Shown in pieces: positions 11,481 to 24,298 of a stretch of 64,000 nucleotides of DNA; positions within the stretch are counted from its first letter, which is position 1; the number at the start of each line of letters is the position of its first letter. Made by a program: the position numbers and the translations under genes. The notes under the pieces are model-generated. The model was not told where the DNA came from. It saw nothing but the letters and a program-made list of their open reading frames with translations, and searched no databases. Source of the DNA: Squalus acanthias (lineage: Eukaryota); assembly GCA_030390025.1 (NCBI GenBank), contig CM059432.1:38070001-38134000 (forward strand). Direction: 5' to 3'.

Positions 11481-13129
11481 ATGATGCTGCTATACTGGAT
11501 CCTCGCAAGACTAGTGCTTGCACAGCAGGTCGGGGCTAATCATCAGATAATTTATGGTGCCCACCAGAACACAACATGCCAGGGCAGCGAGATAACGACA
11601 AAAGTAGGAGGGACAGTGTGCATAGGTGGTACAGAAGGAACCCCTACCCTCACCAGATGGAAATCGTGGACTGACGGAACAAGGCTATGTACTGCCAACA
11701 CCAACTCCACAACCGCCGACAACCACAACCACACCGAAACCCCTGGAATGTCCAAAAACATTCCCAGGACCCAAGGGAGGACTGGTATTAGTGGACAATG
11801 GCAGAATATTGTATGATAACGTGCGTCATGAGCTTGTACCTGTGGTATTGAATTTGTCAACAATATATTTCCCAGTGTGGTGTAGCCCACAAGCCCAGCA
11901 GTTGTAGAAAAACCTGATACAGAATGTTACAGACCAAGCTATCCAGGTGTCGGGAACGCGGAGAAGGAGGGTTAGAAGGAAAAGAAGTATGCTAGGAGAC
12001 GTAGGAACAGTATTTAACACAGGTACGTCACTCGTTAATACCTTAGACATCGAAGCAGTAGACAGGGAACTAGGAAGCCTGAATGAAAAACTGAAACGGG
12101 TATTGAAGCAGACAAACACTGAAGCGCAACAAGGAAGTCAGCTGGATAAGTAACAAAAAGCTAAAAGACTTGGCCAGCAGCCCAGGCAACATGTCGGCAT
12201 GTCAATTACGAGGTCTAACCCGAGTATATCCCACAGAAACACACTGTATAACTAACCGGTAATGACCAAAGACCAAGCATCCTATCCCCTGTACCAAGTA
12301 GAAAATATAGGGGTGAATCAGGGAAAGGTCCACGTGAGGTACTAGCCGACCCATAGCTACGCCACAAAAAAAGGAGCCAATGACTGGCGTAGGGAAAATG
12401 TTGGTAGGGATATCCCTGACAGGATGTAAAGAGGATGGAAACGCAGTAATGTGCCCGCACCCAGTAGGGACTGGAGAACAGGCACAATGTGGATTCAATA
12501 AGACCACAAACTGTACTGTGGAAATCACACAGGCTCGATACGAGCCGACTCGTGTTGCATACTGAGGCAGAGGGGAATACTGTGTGAACACAAATGAAAA
12601 ACGGTATAATTACGGACCTATCGTCTGCCCAATCTACAATGCAAGCTTTTGCTTTAAGTCCCAAACACCAGCGACAATCGGACACCAGCATTTGGTAGCA
12701 ATGTATAAGAGACAACAAGTGTCCATCAATGCCACGGAAGAGATTAAAGAGGACCTGCGAAATTAAATAATCCCCGAAGGACCCCAAATCCCCAAACTCC
12801 CAGAGCACCTAACTAAGATGGCCGAGAAACTGGACAAAATGGCCAAACTGTACCACAAGTTACAGGAGGAAATTGAGAAAACTGGGAGGGTAATCTAAAA
12901 CTTGGGAGATTCCCCATGGTATCAAACAATCTGGAATTGGGGACTAAGTGTGCAAATACACCCTTGGATAAGAATAGCACCTCACATACTGGTCTGCCTA
13001 CAAGTGATAGTCATGATATACCTGATGTCAAGCTGTTGCCTCAAAAGCAGGAAGCAAAAGGAAGAGAGACTGGCTGGAGCTATAAACAAGGCAAAAGATA
13101 GGGAACTCACAAATCTATACCAGTTGTAA
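11481..13129 (+). pseudogene. env pseudogene of element 1
   Basis: Splice acceptor CCCTGCAG then GCCACCATG; signal peptide; RRRRVRRKR cleavage site then FNTGTSLVN; Cys-rich region; TM segment; homologous to 56296-58647. Confidence 0.88.
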
Positions 13130-13170
13130 GTAAGCAGTATGGCCACCTTGGGCCGGCATGGCCAAGGGCC

Positions 13171-13182
13171 AAAAGGGGGGAC
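13171..13182 (+). promoter_or_regulatory. Polypurine tract of element 1
   Basis: AAAAGGGGGGAC directly before the 3' LTR. Confidence 0.9.
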
Positions 13183-13752
13183 TGAAAGGGGAAAAGTAAG
13201 GAATATCTGGGAAAGTTAGTGTCGAGTAGTGTTGCATGACGGGGGCTTGGTTCTAAGCAGACAATGGTCAAGGGGAGCAGGGTGCAACATTACCAGACAT
13301 AATCACGGGACATAATAACAGGGTTGCAAACGCTGCAAAAACTAACAATGTTCTGGTCAACAGACGTGGCAAAGGAGCTGATGTTGCAAGATAACGTAAC
13401 TGTGCAGACGGAGAACCGCAATAGAAACCACATGACTTAGGCAGCTGATGATGAGTCGGGCCACAATAGACATGGAGTTAACAATTCTCAAAATTAGGGC
13501 AAGGGTGCGCTGACAGCCACCTGGTATTAACAGGAACTGGGACAAAGGATGTTGTAACATAGAATGTCCTAGAAAAGAGGCGGGAACAATGTATAACGCG
13601 CCATTTGGATGTGTAAATATCTGACCACTGCTGTAACAATGTGGAGAAGCTTGGCTAAGACAGAGCAGGCTGTCTCCCCACTCGTGTGAATAAAGACTGC
13701 TTGAACTCTCGATGTCAGACTTGTGTTGAGTATTTCAAATTACTCCACAACA
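13183..13752 (+). repeat. 3' LTR of element 1
   Basis: Direct repeat of 8915-9484. Confidence 0.95.
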
Positions 13753-14628
13753 AAAGGTACAGTAAAAGCTCCCACCTGCCAGAGATCATTTTCCTCAGCC
13801 ACAAGCTGTTTCTCAGGCCATTTCCAGCACAGATTCTGCAGGCTTTCCACTTTCACTCTCCATCCAGTATCACCTCTTTGGAAGAACTCTCTCACCATTG
13901 ACGCAATGCTTCTGTCATCTCTACTTCACCTGCAATCTATTCTATCAAAATGGGTGCCTTTATACTCTCTCACCTTGGTCCTCAGAATCCGACCACGATC
14001 AGCCCCAACACCAGCAGCACCAGGCACACCAGCAGCAACAACAACACCAACCTTCTCCGCAATCACCTGATGCTGCACACGGACACAGGGCATCAGCACC
14101 CAACCACATTGCTGCCCGGGAGGCCAGAGATGTCCTCACCATGACCAGATTTACTTCACTTGACACTGTACACCCTGGCTGCCACATGATGCGCCAGGTT
14201 GGCACCACCCCACACCAACACCATAAAGCATCCCTACAATGCCCAAGCCATTCTTTTTTGCATTCATCACCATTGCGGGGGGTACCGTTATGTCTCACCA
14301 TTCACTGCAACTCACTAAGCCACTTCCAAAGGTGTACACAAGTCTGTCCAAGAACGCAAAGTGTTGAAGGTTTCAATGTTTGACACCACATTAATAAAAT
14401 CTTTACATGAACATTGCATAAAACACCCAAGTGGCTACTCTTGTGTGTTGTTAGTTGGTATGATTGGACTAGGATGAGGGTGAGTATGAGGGGTGGCTAG
14501 TGAAATGGGGATGTGATAATGTCTTCTCTCTCTCTCTCTATTAGGCAGTCCCTCGGAACCGAGGATGACTTGCTTCCACACTAAACATGAGTTCTCAGGT
14601 GACTGATGAGTCCAATACGAGACCTACT

Positions 14629-14899
14629 GGGCTGGATTTTGTCTTGGGGTCGGGTTGGGGTCGTGTCATCCGCATTTCGTGTTCCCCCCCGACTCCAGAT
14701 TAATGTGGATGAATGATGCAATTTTCACTTAATTGGGCAATTGAGTTCCAGCATGTGGGAACCCATGAACTAATTAGTGGTTTCAGTCTGAAAGTCGCCT
14801 CTGATGATGTCATCATTGCTGCTGCCTGGTCTCAGAGACTGACAGGATGTTGGTGAGAGAGGACCTGCCTGGCTTTTGCTGTGAGTGGACCTGGATGCA

Positions 14900-14937
<38 letters not shown>

Positions 14938-15390
14938 TTATTTGCATCCAAGTCCTCTCACAGCAAAGGCCATACAGTCTCTGAAGACATTCAATGCAAC
15001 AGCAGCAGAGGCGACTTTCAGACCTAATACTACCTTCATCACATCTCTGTTGTAATAGTGGACCTGCAGCTGATAGTCAGCTATCCACTTGTGCTCCCGC
15101 CAGGTTTCACTGGAGTGTTTCACATCAGGCGTACTTCACGTCAGAAAAGGGTTAAACTAGCTAAAACATTTCAAAATGGCATTACAGAGCCAATTTAGGG
15201 CTTGTTAAGGGCTTTAATGGCCTCTCCCACCTCTTGGAGGCGGGATGGAGTCGGGAACCCCGCGACTGATTTTGTCAAAATTGCGTGGAGGCGAGATGAA
15301 GTCGGGATGGGGTCGGGATCCCCGACCCCGCAAATTTAACCCCCTCCACGCCTCCAAACCCGACTCCATGGGTCATTCAAAATCAAGCCC
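14629..15390. mobile_element. Harbinger-type MITE inserted in the RTE 3' end
   Basis: TIRs GGGCTGGATTTT...AAAATCAAGCCC; same family as 38567-39191. Confidence 0.8.
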
Positions 15391-17015
15391 ACAGTCTCCA
15401 TCACAGGTGGGGCAGACGGTGGTTGAAGGGGCAGGTGGGTGGGGTGCTTGGGTTGACGTGCGCTCCTTCCGCTGTTTGCGTTTGGCTTCCGCTTGCTCCC
15501 GGCGAAGAGACTTGAGGTGTTCGGCACTTTCCCGGATGCTTCTCCTCCACTTTGTGCGGTCTTGGGCCAGGGATTCCCAAGTGTCAGTGGGGATGTTGCA
15601 CTTTTTCAAGGGGGCTTTGAGGGTGTCCTTGAAGCGTTTCCTCTGCCTACCTGGGGCTCTCTTGCCGTGTCGGAGCTCCGAGTAGAGCGCTTGTTTTGGG
15701 AGTCTCGTATCGGGCATGTGGACAATGTGGCCCGTCCATCGGAGCTGATCGAGCGTGGTCAGAGCTTCGGTGCTGGGGATGTTGGCCTGAGCGAGAACAC
15801 TGACGTTGGTGCGCCTATCCTGCCAATGGATTTGCAGCATCTTGCGGAGGCAGCGTTGGTGGTACCTCTCCAGTGCTTTGAGGTGCCTGCTGTACATGGT
15901 CCATGCCTCTTAAGCATACAGGAGGGCAGGTATCACTGCTGCTCTGTAGACCATGAGCTTAGTGCCGGGTTTGAGGTCCTGGTCTTCAAACACTCTCTTC
16001 CTCAGGAGACCGAAGGCTGCACTGGCACACTGAAGGCGGTGTTGGACTTCGTCATCGACGTCTGCCCTTGTTGTCAGTAGGCTCCCGAGGTATGGAAAGT
16101 GATCCACGTTGTCCAAGGCCTCGTCATGGATTTTGATAATCCAGGAGCAGTACTGTGTGGCGGGGGCAGGTTGGTAGAGGGCCTTTGTCTTACGGATGTT
16201 TAGTGTAAGGCCCATGCTCTCGTACGCTTCGGTGAAGGTGTTGATGATCGTTTGGAGTTCGGTCTCAGAGTTTGCGCAGACGCAAGCGTCGTCTGTTTAC
16301 TGTAATTCGATGACAGAGGATGGGATGACCTTGGATCTGGACTGGAAGCAACGGAGGTTGAACAGTTTCCCCTTTGTTCTGTAGATTAGCTCCACTCCAG
16401 CGGGGAGGTAACTGAGGGTGAGATGGAGCATTGCACCCAGGAAGATCGAGAAGAGCGTTGGTGCGATGACACAGCCTTGCTTGACCCCGGTCAATACGTG
16501 AATTGGGTCTGTGGTGGATCCGTTGGTCAGGATCACGGCTTGCATGTTGTTGTGAAGCAGGCGGAGGATGATGACAAACTTTTGAGGGCAGCCGAATTTG
16601 AGGAGGACACTCCATAATCCCTCATGGTTGATGGTGTCGAAGGCCTTTGTGAGATCAAAGAAGGCCATGTACAGCGGTTGGTGCTGTTCCCTGCATTTCT
16701 CTTGTAGTTGACGCGCAGTGAAGATCATGTCCATTGTGCCCCTTAGTGGGCGGAATCCGCATTGCGACTCTGGGAGGAGCTCTTCAGCCACTGGGAGAAG
16801 GCGATTGAGGAGGATACTTGCGATGACTTTCCCATTGGCAGACAGCAAGGAGACTCCTCTGTAATTACCGCAATCGGACTTGTCACCTTTCTTGAAGATG
16901 GTCACAATTACGGCATCTCTGAGATCCCCTGGCATGCTCTCCTCCTTCCAAATAAGAGAAATGAGTTCATGTATTCATGCCAATAGTACTTCTCCGCCAT
17001 GTTTTAGTGCCTTGG

Positions 17016-17303
17016 TGGACACACTCACTAGAAGGAGACGCCGCGGGACACACTCACTAGAAGGAGACGCCGCGGGACACACTCACTGGAAGGCGATTCC
17101 GCGGGACACTCTCACTGGAAGGAGATTCCGCGGGACACACTCACTGGAAGGAGACACCGTGGGACACACTCACTGGAAGGAGACACCGCGGGACACACTC
17201 ACTGGAAGGAGACGCCGCGGGACACTCTCACTGGAAGGAGATTCCGCGGGACACTCTCACTGGAAGGAGATTCCGCGGAACACTCTCACTGGAAGGAGAC
17301 ACA
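17016..17303. repeat. 29-bp minisatellite, ~10 units
   Basis: Unit GGGACACACTCACTGGAAGGAGACGCCGC. Confidence 0.95.
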
Positions 17304-17309
17304 GTATAA

Positions 17310-18202
17310 GAGGTCGGGACCCAGGAGCGAGGTGGGGACTCAGGAGTGAGGACGGGACCCAGGAACGAGGACGGGACTCAGGAGCGAGGACGAGGCCCAG
17401 GGGCGAGGACGGAGCCCAGGAGCGAGGACGGGACCCAGGAGCGAGGACGAGGCTCAGGGGCGAGGACGGGGCCCAGGGGCGAGGACGGAGCCCAGGAGCG
17501 AGGACGGGACCCAGGGGCGAGGACGGGGCCCAGGAGCGAGGACGGGACCCAGGGGCGAGGACGGGGCCCAGGAGCGAGGACGGGGCCCAGGGGCGAGGAC
17601 GGGACCCAGGGGCGAGGACGTGACCCAGGAGTGAGGACGGGGCCCAGGAGCGAGGACGAGGCTCAGGGGCGACGATGGGGCCCAGGGGCAAGGACGGGAC
17701 CCAGGAGCGAGGACGAGGCTCAGGGGCGAGGACGGGGCCCAGGGGCGAGGACGGGACCCAGGAGCAAGGACGAGGCTCAGGGGCGAGGACGGGGCCCAGG
17801 GGTGAGGACGGGACCCAGGAGCGAGGACGGGGCCCAGGGGCGAGGACGGGGCCCAGGAGCGAGGTCGGGGCCCAGGGGCGAGGACGGGGCCCAGGAGCGA
17901 GGACGAGGCTCAGGGGTGAGGACGGGGCCCAGGGGCGAGGACGGGGCCCAGGAGTGAGGTCGGGGCCCAGGGGCGAGGATGGGGCCCAGGGGCGAGGACG
18001 GGACCCAGGAGCGAGGACGAGGCTCAGGGGCGAGGACGGGGCCCAGGGGCGAGGACGGGACCCAGGAGCGAGGACGAGGCCCAGGAGCGAGGTCGAGGCC
18101 CAGGAGCGAGGACGGGGCCCAGGGGCGAGGACGGGGCCCAGGAGCGAGGTCGAGGCCCAGGAGCGAGGTCAGGGCCCAGGAGCGAGGTCCGGACCCAGGA
18201 GC
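17310..18202. repeat. 19-bp G-rich minisatellite, ~47 units
   Basis: Unit AGGACGGGGCCCAGGGGCG and variants. Confidence 0.95.
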
Positions 18203-18872
18203 GATGTGATAATGTAGATAGAGAGGGATGGATGGAGGTGCAAGGTAAGTTGGTGTGAGTAAAGATGTGCAGGAGTAGGGTAGGGAAGGCAGAGTGATGG
18301 TGATGTGATGAGAGTCACAGAAGGATGAGGTTGAGTGTGGCTTTGCAGTAACATTTCATGATCTAATGAGATCATTGAAAGGTTTGCGCCACTGCACCCA
18401 GGTCCTCCTGACGACATCCCTGCTTGTGTCCTCCTGTGCAATGTGCAACCAGGCTGTGTTGGTCTCCTGGGGAGGTCTCTTCCGCCCATGGGAAGGGAAG
18501 AGGACCTCCCTGCGTGCTGTGACTCCCTCCATAAGCATATGGAGGGAGTCATGGAGAACCTGGGTGCAGCCCTGCACCTCTGTGCAGTGATTGTCAATGT
18601 TTGCAGCACTTCAATGCTGTAGAACACTGACAGCACAAATGTTAAAAGAAAGTTGGCCATGGTTCCTTTAAGGAAACCGGCTGCTGACGCGTCATGAATG
18701 ATGTCACCAGTCCCACTTCCTCTAATTGAACCGGGAAACGTGCTGGGCGGAATTAACAAACCCTATCAACGGAAATTCAATTTCCAGAGCAGGATGGAAC
18801 CAGCAGCGGTGCCGCGACTCGCCACCGACCCCGGCCTGCACTGGACCCGCTGAGGTGAGGATAATCTTGGCC

Positions 18873-18978
18873 GTTAACTCTGCTTCTTTCTCCACAGATA
18901 CTGCCTGACTTGCTGAGTATTTCCAGCATTTTCTGTTTTTATTTCAGGTTTCCAGCATCCATGGTATTTTGCTTTTGT
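18873..18978 (+). mobile_element. PLE pLTR fragment
   Basis: Matches 5462-5565. Confidence 0.75.
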
Positions 18979-20023
18979 AAGACCAGATTTCTGATTGGTC
19001 CCCTTGGAGGACAAGACACACCCAACAGTTTGTCTGGAATGTGTAATTTGATTCTGCCTGCTGTAGACAACCCTGCAATGTGTAATTTGATCCAGTCTGC
19101 GGTCGTACAGGTTACAGAATATGGCAATCTAGTCAGCTTTGTGAAGATCCTCTGTTAATAATCTTCTGCACTTATAATTATAGTTGTCCTTGGCTGGTAA
19201 AATTACAAAAATTATACTCTAATTAGTGGGTTAGTTAATTCTTTGGAGTTTTATGGGTTTTTTTCCTTCTGGAAGTGATAAAAATTCTTTAATTCTGAAT
19301 GAAGGGACCATGTGTGGGGTTCGTGTGTGTGATGTGCAGCTGTTTTGCCCATCAGTGCTGTTCCTAAGGTTTCCCCGGGTGCGCTCGCGAACACGTGGTT
19401 GGTAATGGCGGCACCCAGGAGCTTCACGTGAGCCCCGTGCCAGGCTGGAGAGTGCGAGAGGTGGGATTTTGAAATCTAATTAGAGGCGTAGGACAGATAA
19501 GATAGATTTGCCTTAATATGTGATGTCCTCTTAAAGAAATGGAAGATGGTACACTGGGGGTTATTATACCTGGAGGGTTTTCAAATGTTCTGCTATTCTA
19601 CAAGGAGTTAACTGGTGGATTATTTTCAACCTTGTAAGTTTAACTGTTTAGGTACAAATCTTTGTAAGTTACTGTATATTCTGTGTATTACTCAAGCCCA
19701 TCAATTAGAACATTAGGTTTGTCCTATTTGCTGCTATGCATTATAATCAATTTAAAAAAAGAATAGAGTTGACCATACTGTCCACCCGTTAATGAATCTG
19801 CTAATGTCCACTAATTGTAAAATCACATTAACATATGTAAGGGCATCTATTTGTACATGGGTTTCTATATTTAGTTATGGGCCTCTAATGTATTTGCAAG
19901 TGACTTGTTTTGCAATATATAAGATAATTATTTTGTGGACTCATGTGGCAGGGTTAGATCTACTACACTGTATTTTGAAAGAGAAAACAAATAAATTGTA
20001 TATCATTAAGAAAGTAAAATAAA

Positions 20024-20180
20024 GGGCTGAAAATATCCTCAGGTTTTCTCCTTTTCTGCCATTGTAACTTCAACAGAAATTTGGTGGAAACCTTAATTAC
20101 GCGTGCAAACGGGGCCTCCGCCGAATGTCCACCAAAGTTATGGTGGCAGAAAGGGAGTAGCCATGAGGGTATTCACCTTC
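20024..20180. mobile_element. Short palindromic MITE-like element
   Basis: Imperfect inverted arms CTCCTTTTCTGCCATTGTAACTT / AAGTTATGGTGGCAGAAAGGGAG. Confidence 0.5.
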
Positions 20181-20965
20181 ATTTCTAGGAATATTGTAGC
20201 AAGTATCTTTTACGTGTATAATCTTTCTAGTGCTATTAAAATCTAAATAGATATTAATAAAACAACTTGGCAAATTAAAAAAAAAAAATTCTAATCTAAC
20301 AAAATGTCACAACTAACGATTAAATAATAATGGCAGAGAAATGTAATTTAGTCCAAATAGAGGTTTTGGTATTTACAGAGATGGAATCAAATCTAGCTAT
20401 ATAATTTAAATTCACATCTTTAAGAATGTTCATGATGTATTATTGTGTAGATGTTTCTGCTTGTATCATTTCAATTTGATTCCTGTGGAGCTAGTCTGAT
20501 CAGAACAGCCACCACATGGTCAAAAAACATTGTAACGTTAAACAGTAAAAAGGTAGCCATAATTGGTTTTTCAGAGTTCGCACAGTCAGAAAACAATTTT
20601 TTTTTAACAATTTACTGTTCAACGTGAAGTAATTTATAATTAGAATTCACTGTATAACACACCCTAGCATTACCAGGAAGGGGTAAAAAGTTATGGAGGT
20701 TTCAAAGGTAGTGTGTTCATGTGTTAGCCTTGGCTCAGTGGTAGCAGTCTCTCACCTCTGAGTCGAAATATTGTGGGTTCAAGTCCCACCTCAGGAATTT
20801 AAGCACAAAAAAAATCTAGGCTGACACTCCAGTGCAGTATTAAAGGAGCACTGCATTGTCAGAGATGCTGTCTTTCAGATGAGATGTTAAACCTGTCCTC
20901 TCAGGTGGATGTAGAAAACCATACTATGGCATGATTCGAAAAAGAGCAAGGGAGCTTTCCTGGTG

Positions 20966-23485
20966 TGTAAGGTTTCCAAAATTTACAGATCCCCAAAACC
21001 TAAGGAAAAAGGACTTGGGAACTACCTCAGAATGATAAAAATGCATTTGGGCCTAACCTAAGGAATATAAGACCAAAAACCAAGTTTTGGCATTTTAAAA
21101 ACATGTCTGGGCCTGTAAAGGGACAAGGTGGTGGGTTCGACCTCTGTAAAAGCAGTTTGGCTATTGCAGTTAATTGCACTGTCTGGGGAACCGGGATGAC
21201 CTCACTCAAGCCCCAGCAGACATTAATATTTGAACAATAGACCCTGGGAGAAGACAGTCCCACCCAAAGTACAGGCCCCATCAAAACCGATTACAGGGCC
21301 CATCAGAAACATGCATAATAAACCCACTCAGGCCCATTCTATAGAAAGACCGAGTCCAGCCTAGAAAACCAAACACGAAATCAATCACCAGTGATCAACC
21401 AAGGAGATCGACAGGATGCAAACCATCCCAAAACCCATTTGACACTTACAGAGCAGTTACTGGTAACAGGCCCGCCAAAATCAGACAATGAACTGAGCAG
21501 ATTTGGCGGGTAGATAAGGCCATGTTCAATGGGTGAGATTGAAGGCCTGTTCACAACCAGTTAACACGCTAGTAAGTCGTTACCGATTAACGAGCCCGCC
21601 AAAACCAGACAATGAACTGAGCAGATTTGGCGGGTAGATAAGGCCACTTCAATTCAGTATAATTGAAGGCCCGTTAAGCAGTTCAAGGAGGCAGAAGAAG
21701 AAAGGAAGCAGACAAGCCGAGCTGGAAGCGAGTTGGCATCGCTCACCACTCAGACACACCTGAGTCCAGCTCGTGAAGATACCACCTCGACGGACCTCCA
21801 ACAATGGTCCCAACACAGTCACCCGGAGCAACAAGCAGCAACAAGTCACCGACGGCTCCACGAGGTCGACCGACACACTAGACAAGGCCTAAAACCATCG
21901 CGGAAACCAAAGGCCTCAAGAAACCAACAACCGCACATTACCCCCAACTGACCGGGTAATAGCAGGCCACCGCGACCAACAAAAAAAACAACTCAAGGGA
22001 AGAAAATCCGAAGAACCGCAAAGTTTCCACTCTACAATCTACTCCTGACTTACCCCTGGGTAAGATTTTCCCAAAGACTCTAAACCCTATTGCTGACCAA
22101 AAGAAATTGGGTACTCACCAGATAAATCCATAACGACATCCTACCACATCAGCGGACTCGCGAAGACTGACCAGAGACTCAGGTGAAGTCCTCTACCGCG
22201 TACGGGGTACGGCAGACACTAAGGGGGAAAAATTCAGTTGGTTGCGCCTCCCGTTAGCGCCTTAAGAGGGCGCTAATGGGGCGCAAAGCAGCTAGCACCC
22301 GGGCACAGCGATGTTTGCGCCACTCGCGAACTTAACTAGACATTTTGCGGCAGCGCTAAACTTTATCGCCGCGATCTCCTGCGCCGGCAGATCATGACGT
22401 CACTCGAGTGCGCAACGCCCCGGTATCACCCCGGAGCGGATATTGAGTGGCGCCCCCTGCCTTACCGCCTGACGTTAGCAATGACAGGTTGAGGGGAGCG
22501 TTCTGCAGTCATGAAGGGAAAGGGGGAGCGCTATTTAAAGGTGACCGCTTCCTGCCTTTTATTGTTGGTGCCATTTTTGAACTACGCATTCTGAGAGAGA
22601 GAGGGAGAGACTTCTGGAGAGATTCAACGTTGTGTGAAGGAGTTTTGGGTATTGAGCAGCACTTTGCAGGTTCATTTTGATTTGCCATTCCTTGTATCGA
22701 TTTAGCAGAGACTGTGGGGGCTGCACTCTGAGCTCTTTGCCTGGTACTCTCCATTGTTCTTTCCAGCACATTTGATGTGCAGGTCTCTCCAGGCCGAGAT
22801 TCAAGGCTGCAATGAGCAGGATGTGGATGGAAAGCAAGATTAACCATCCCCTTTAAGAACTGGCCCGTGCCATTGTGTGTGTGTTCCATTGCTGACAGAC
22901 ATTACATGAGCTTCGCCAGCGCTCTGAGGTAGCGCCTCGCTCCTCGGCCTTTGCGCCTTAAGACAGGTGTGAAGCACCTGATTTAGCGCTGCAATCACAT
23001 CCAGGGGCGATAAAAGTCAAGTTTGCAGTCGGTGGTGATAATTAGCGCCAGGCGCTAATTTTTGCACCCGGACGATATTTGCGCCCCAAATGGGGCGCGA
23101 CTGAATTTTTCCCCCTAACTGCCATAAACAGTGAACCCCAAAACTGCGATTTAGCCCAACTGTCAAAGGATTGGTGAGCATTATCCCTGGTCCTTCAAAG
23201 CCTAACTTAGCTAGTAAAGTGGGGTTGGGAGGGGTGAAGTATTGTTCTACTGTCATTTCCCTCGCTTGTACTGAAGTGTTCCCCACCTTTAGAGTGTTAA
23301 GAGTGTTATTATTTGTGTTTTACCTTTCTAATAAAGATTGAAGTTCTTTTCATCAAACTCAGTTGTCTGCTGCACCTTTTGTCACAACCCCCAAATAAGT
23401 CCAAGGTCTAGAACCAAGGGAGTGGGAGCGATTCGAACCGTTCAGAAGTCAGAGGTGAAGCTGACACAAACCACCACCCCCTACA
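20966..23485 (+). mobile_element. Solo LTR (~1.62 kb without nested MITE), distant relative of element 2 LTR
   Basis: TG...CA ends, GGTG TSD, AATAAA ~23330, shared U5 motif; internal ~52-bp duplication at 21471/21595. Confidence 0.85.
22223..23115 (-). mobile_element. Non-autonomous derivative of Harbinger A
   Basis: TIR GGGGGAAAAATTCAGT, TAA TSD, both ends match 28473-32689 in reverse. Confidence 0.9.
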
Positions 23486-23534
23486 GGTGTCCTGACCAAT
23501 ATTTATCCCTTAACCAACATCGCTAAAACAGATT

Positions 23535-24298
23535 GGCCCTGAAATTCGCCTCTCCGGCTTGCTGCGGGGGTAAGAATCACGCGCGCACTTACCTACCGCG
23601 CCTGCCGTTGACCTCTGGGCCCACGGGAACTTCAGCTCCTGGGCCTGCTCCAAGTGCCGGCGCGCATTGCTTGCGTGTCCCAGGGGCGTAGTTAGTGCGA
23701 TGCGTCCCCTGGGATCACGTGGGCCATGGAGAGCCAATGGCAGCAGACCATCTTTCATTCATAGATTTGACAGGAAGACCTGTCAAATCTATGAATTGAA
23801 ATCGGCCCCAAAAGAACAGCTAAACTTCAAATAAATTTTAAAAAACCATCACATTTATAAAATAACTATAAGTTAAATAAATTAACTACTTTAAACAAAA
23901 ATTTTAATTTTTGAATAAATTAAAATACTTTTTAAGAGTGCTAAAAATAAACTTACCTTTCTTTAAAGTATCTAAAAAAGATAAACCTGTTGAAACTTTT
24001 TTTAAATTATAATTAATTAACCACTTACCTTGTTGAAAATGGGTCCTGCGCCTCCTTTTTAAAAGCGCAGGTTCTTCAATACTTACCCTCTCGTAGAAAC
24101 CTGAAAAAAAACCTAAGTTTGCTGCGTGCGCGCAGACTCTACCGCGCACGCGGTTCACCTATGAACCGCCCCCTTCACCATACCGGAAGTTCCGGTTTCC
24201 CGCACATGCGCAGTGCATGCAGGAAACCGGCACTTCAGGACGCCTTACGGGTGAGTACACAGTGCATACTCACCCGGCAAGGGCCGAATTTTTGGCCC
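23535..24298. mobile_element. Harbinger-type MITE with ATT TSD
   Basis: GGCCCTGAAATTCG...CGAATTTTTGGCCC flanked by ATT; interrupts the SINE. Confidence 0.7.

Larger units (their letters stand above)
8915..13752 (+). mobile_element. Degenerate env-bearing LTR element 1 (lokiretrovirus-like; pol core deleted)
   Basis: 570-bp TG..CA LTRs, AAAG TSD (8911-8914/13753-13756), PBS, PPT, gag, integrase C-terminus and env remnants. Confidence 0.92.
14523..18202 (-). mobile_element. 5'-truncated RTE-clade LINE with attached minisatellites, 13-bp TSD
   Basis: RT motifs GNYRGVSLLS, ESQCGFRP, FFDLTKAFD, GVKQGCVIAP; TSD GATGTGATAATGT at 14510-14522 and 18203-18215. Confidence 0.9.
13757..18872. mobile_element. 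Degenerate Harbinger-derived element (13757-14522 and 18203-18872), split by an RTE insertion
   Basis: Myb/SANT-like exon on minus at ~18356-18590 (EGVTARREVLFP...RTWVQWRKPFNDL) matching the other Harbinger Myb genes here. Confidence 0.55.

Noticed and set aside
13898..14383. Gln/His-rich ORF as a host gene
   Set aside because: Lies within a degenerate Harbinger-derived element; low complexity only.
17016..18202. CRISPR-like array, or real proteins from ORFs 17346-18217
   Set aside because: Head-to-tail units with no unique spacers, eukaryotic context; the ORFs are artefacts of stop-free repeats.
20725..20795. tRNA gene (also ~38460, ~42300, ~46690)
   Set aside because: A/B boxes belong to SINE heads and continue into SINE bodies.
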